From Folioceros fuciformis (lineage: Eukaryota), in NCBI GenBank assembly GCA_049999805.1, contig JBNGIO010006406.1, forward strand, positions 1 through 64,000: a DNA stretch of 64,000 nt. The letters are read 5' to 3'. Both the position numbers and the translations under genes were made by a program. This document shows, piece by piece, positions 63,426 through 64,000 of this stretch. How positions within the stretch are numbered: the first letter of the stretch is position 1; each line of letters begins with the position of its first letter. The notes beneath the pieces are model-generated. The model had not been told where the DNA came from, did not search any database, and saw nothing but the letters and a program-made list of their open reading frames with translations.

Positions 63426-64000
63426 CGAGGTAACTCCGAGATTAACCTAACTCGACTGATCGATAACTAGGGTTATGGTTTACGTAATCATACCCTATTC
63501 TTAATAGTCTAGGCCAATCTAAGAGTTTTAAAAGCAACTGAATGGTATAAATAGTTGGCCCTTCTTAGAAGAGATTGAAGGGCCTAACTAAATGGTATGA
63601 ATAGCTGGCTCTTCTTAGAAGAGATTGAAGGGCCTAAATGAGTGCTAGTCGCACCACTTCGCTAGGGGTGTGACTGTTCGAGGTAACTCTGAGATTAACC
63701 TAACTCGATTGATCGATGACTAGGGTTATGGGTTACTTAATCGAACCCTATTCTTAATAGTTCAGCAAAATGAATGAATAAATACAAGATGAGTGTTTCT
63801 TATATAGGTGCTAGTCGTACCACTTCGCTAGGGGTGTGATTGTTCAAGGTAACTCCGAGATTAACCTAACTCTAGGCCAATCTAAGAGTTTTAAAAGCGA
63901 CCAATCTAAGAGTTTTAAAAGCGACTGAATGATATGAATAGCTGGCCCTTCTTAGAAGAGATTGAAGGGCCTAAATGGGTGCTAGTTGCACCACTTCGCT
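63426..64000. repeat. Mosaic array of shuffled ~27-75-bp modules
   Basis: AGGTAACTCYGAGATTAACCTAACTC x3, GGCYCTTCTTAGAAGAGATTGAAGGGCCTA x3, GTGCTAGT..ACCACTTCGCT x3, TAGGGTTATGG..ACCCTATTCTTAATAGT x2. Confidence 0.88.

Larger units (their letters stand above)
60061..64000 (+). mobile_element. Second Ty1/copia element (different lineage), 5'-truncated and decayed, with probable 3' LTR running to the window end
   Basis: Starts mid-protease (RLGNNYACEIAGVGDV); [61 protein letters not shown], with many stops. PPT-like AAGGGGGCGG at ~63065 and TATAAATA at ~63313. Confidence 0.9.

Overview
Eukaryotic nuclear DNA from a compact, gene-dense land-plant genome with short introns. A 'PGQSWWTD' PLS-PPR C-terminus points to a hornwort-like bryophyte (inference). 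Host genes, left to right: a PPR remnant, VPS22, PTRHD1-like, pectin methylesterase, a PLS-E+ PPR, an F-box protein with a very large insertion, a disrupted UBA1, an intronless SMC3, a DUF3783-like gene, a Cir_N/LENG1-like gene, a trihelix–adenylosuccinate lyase fusion, tRNA-Arg(CCT), two DUF26-like genes, VPS34, parvulin PIN4 and a second long PLS PPR. Mobile DNA: an ~8.1-kb decayed DNA transposon (TATGG...CCATA ends, 6-bp TSD AGGGAG, IS3EU-like transposase remnant) and two decayed Ty1/copia elements joined head-to-head. The top candidate for an undescribed system is an intact 10-exon gene (36247-39251). It fuses a trihelix (Myb/SANT-like) DNA-binding domain to a full-length adenylosuccinate lyase whose SSxMPxKxN catalytic loop is rewritten, so it may be a purine-metabolite-sensing transcription factor. 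All family assignments and exon models are from motif recognition by eye; no searches were run.
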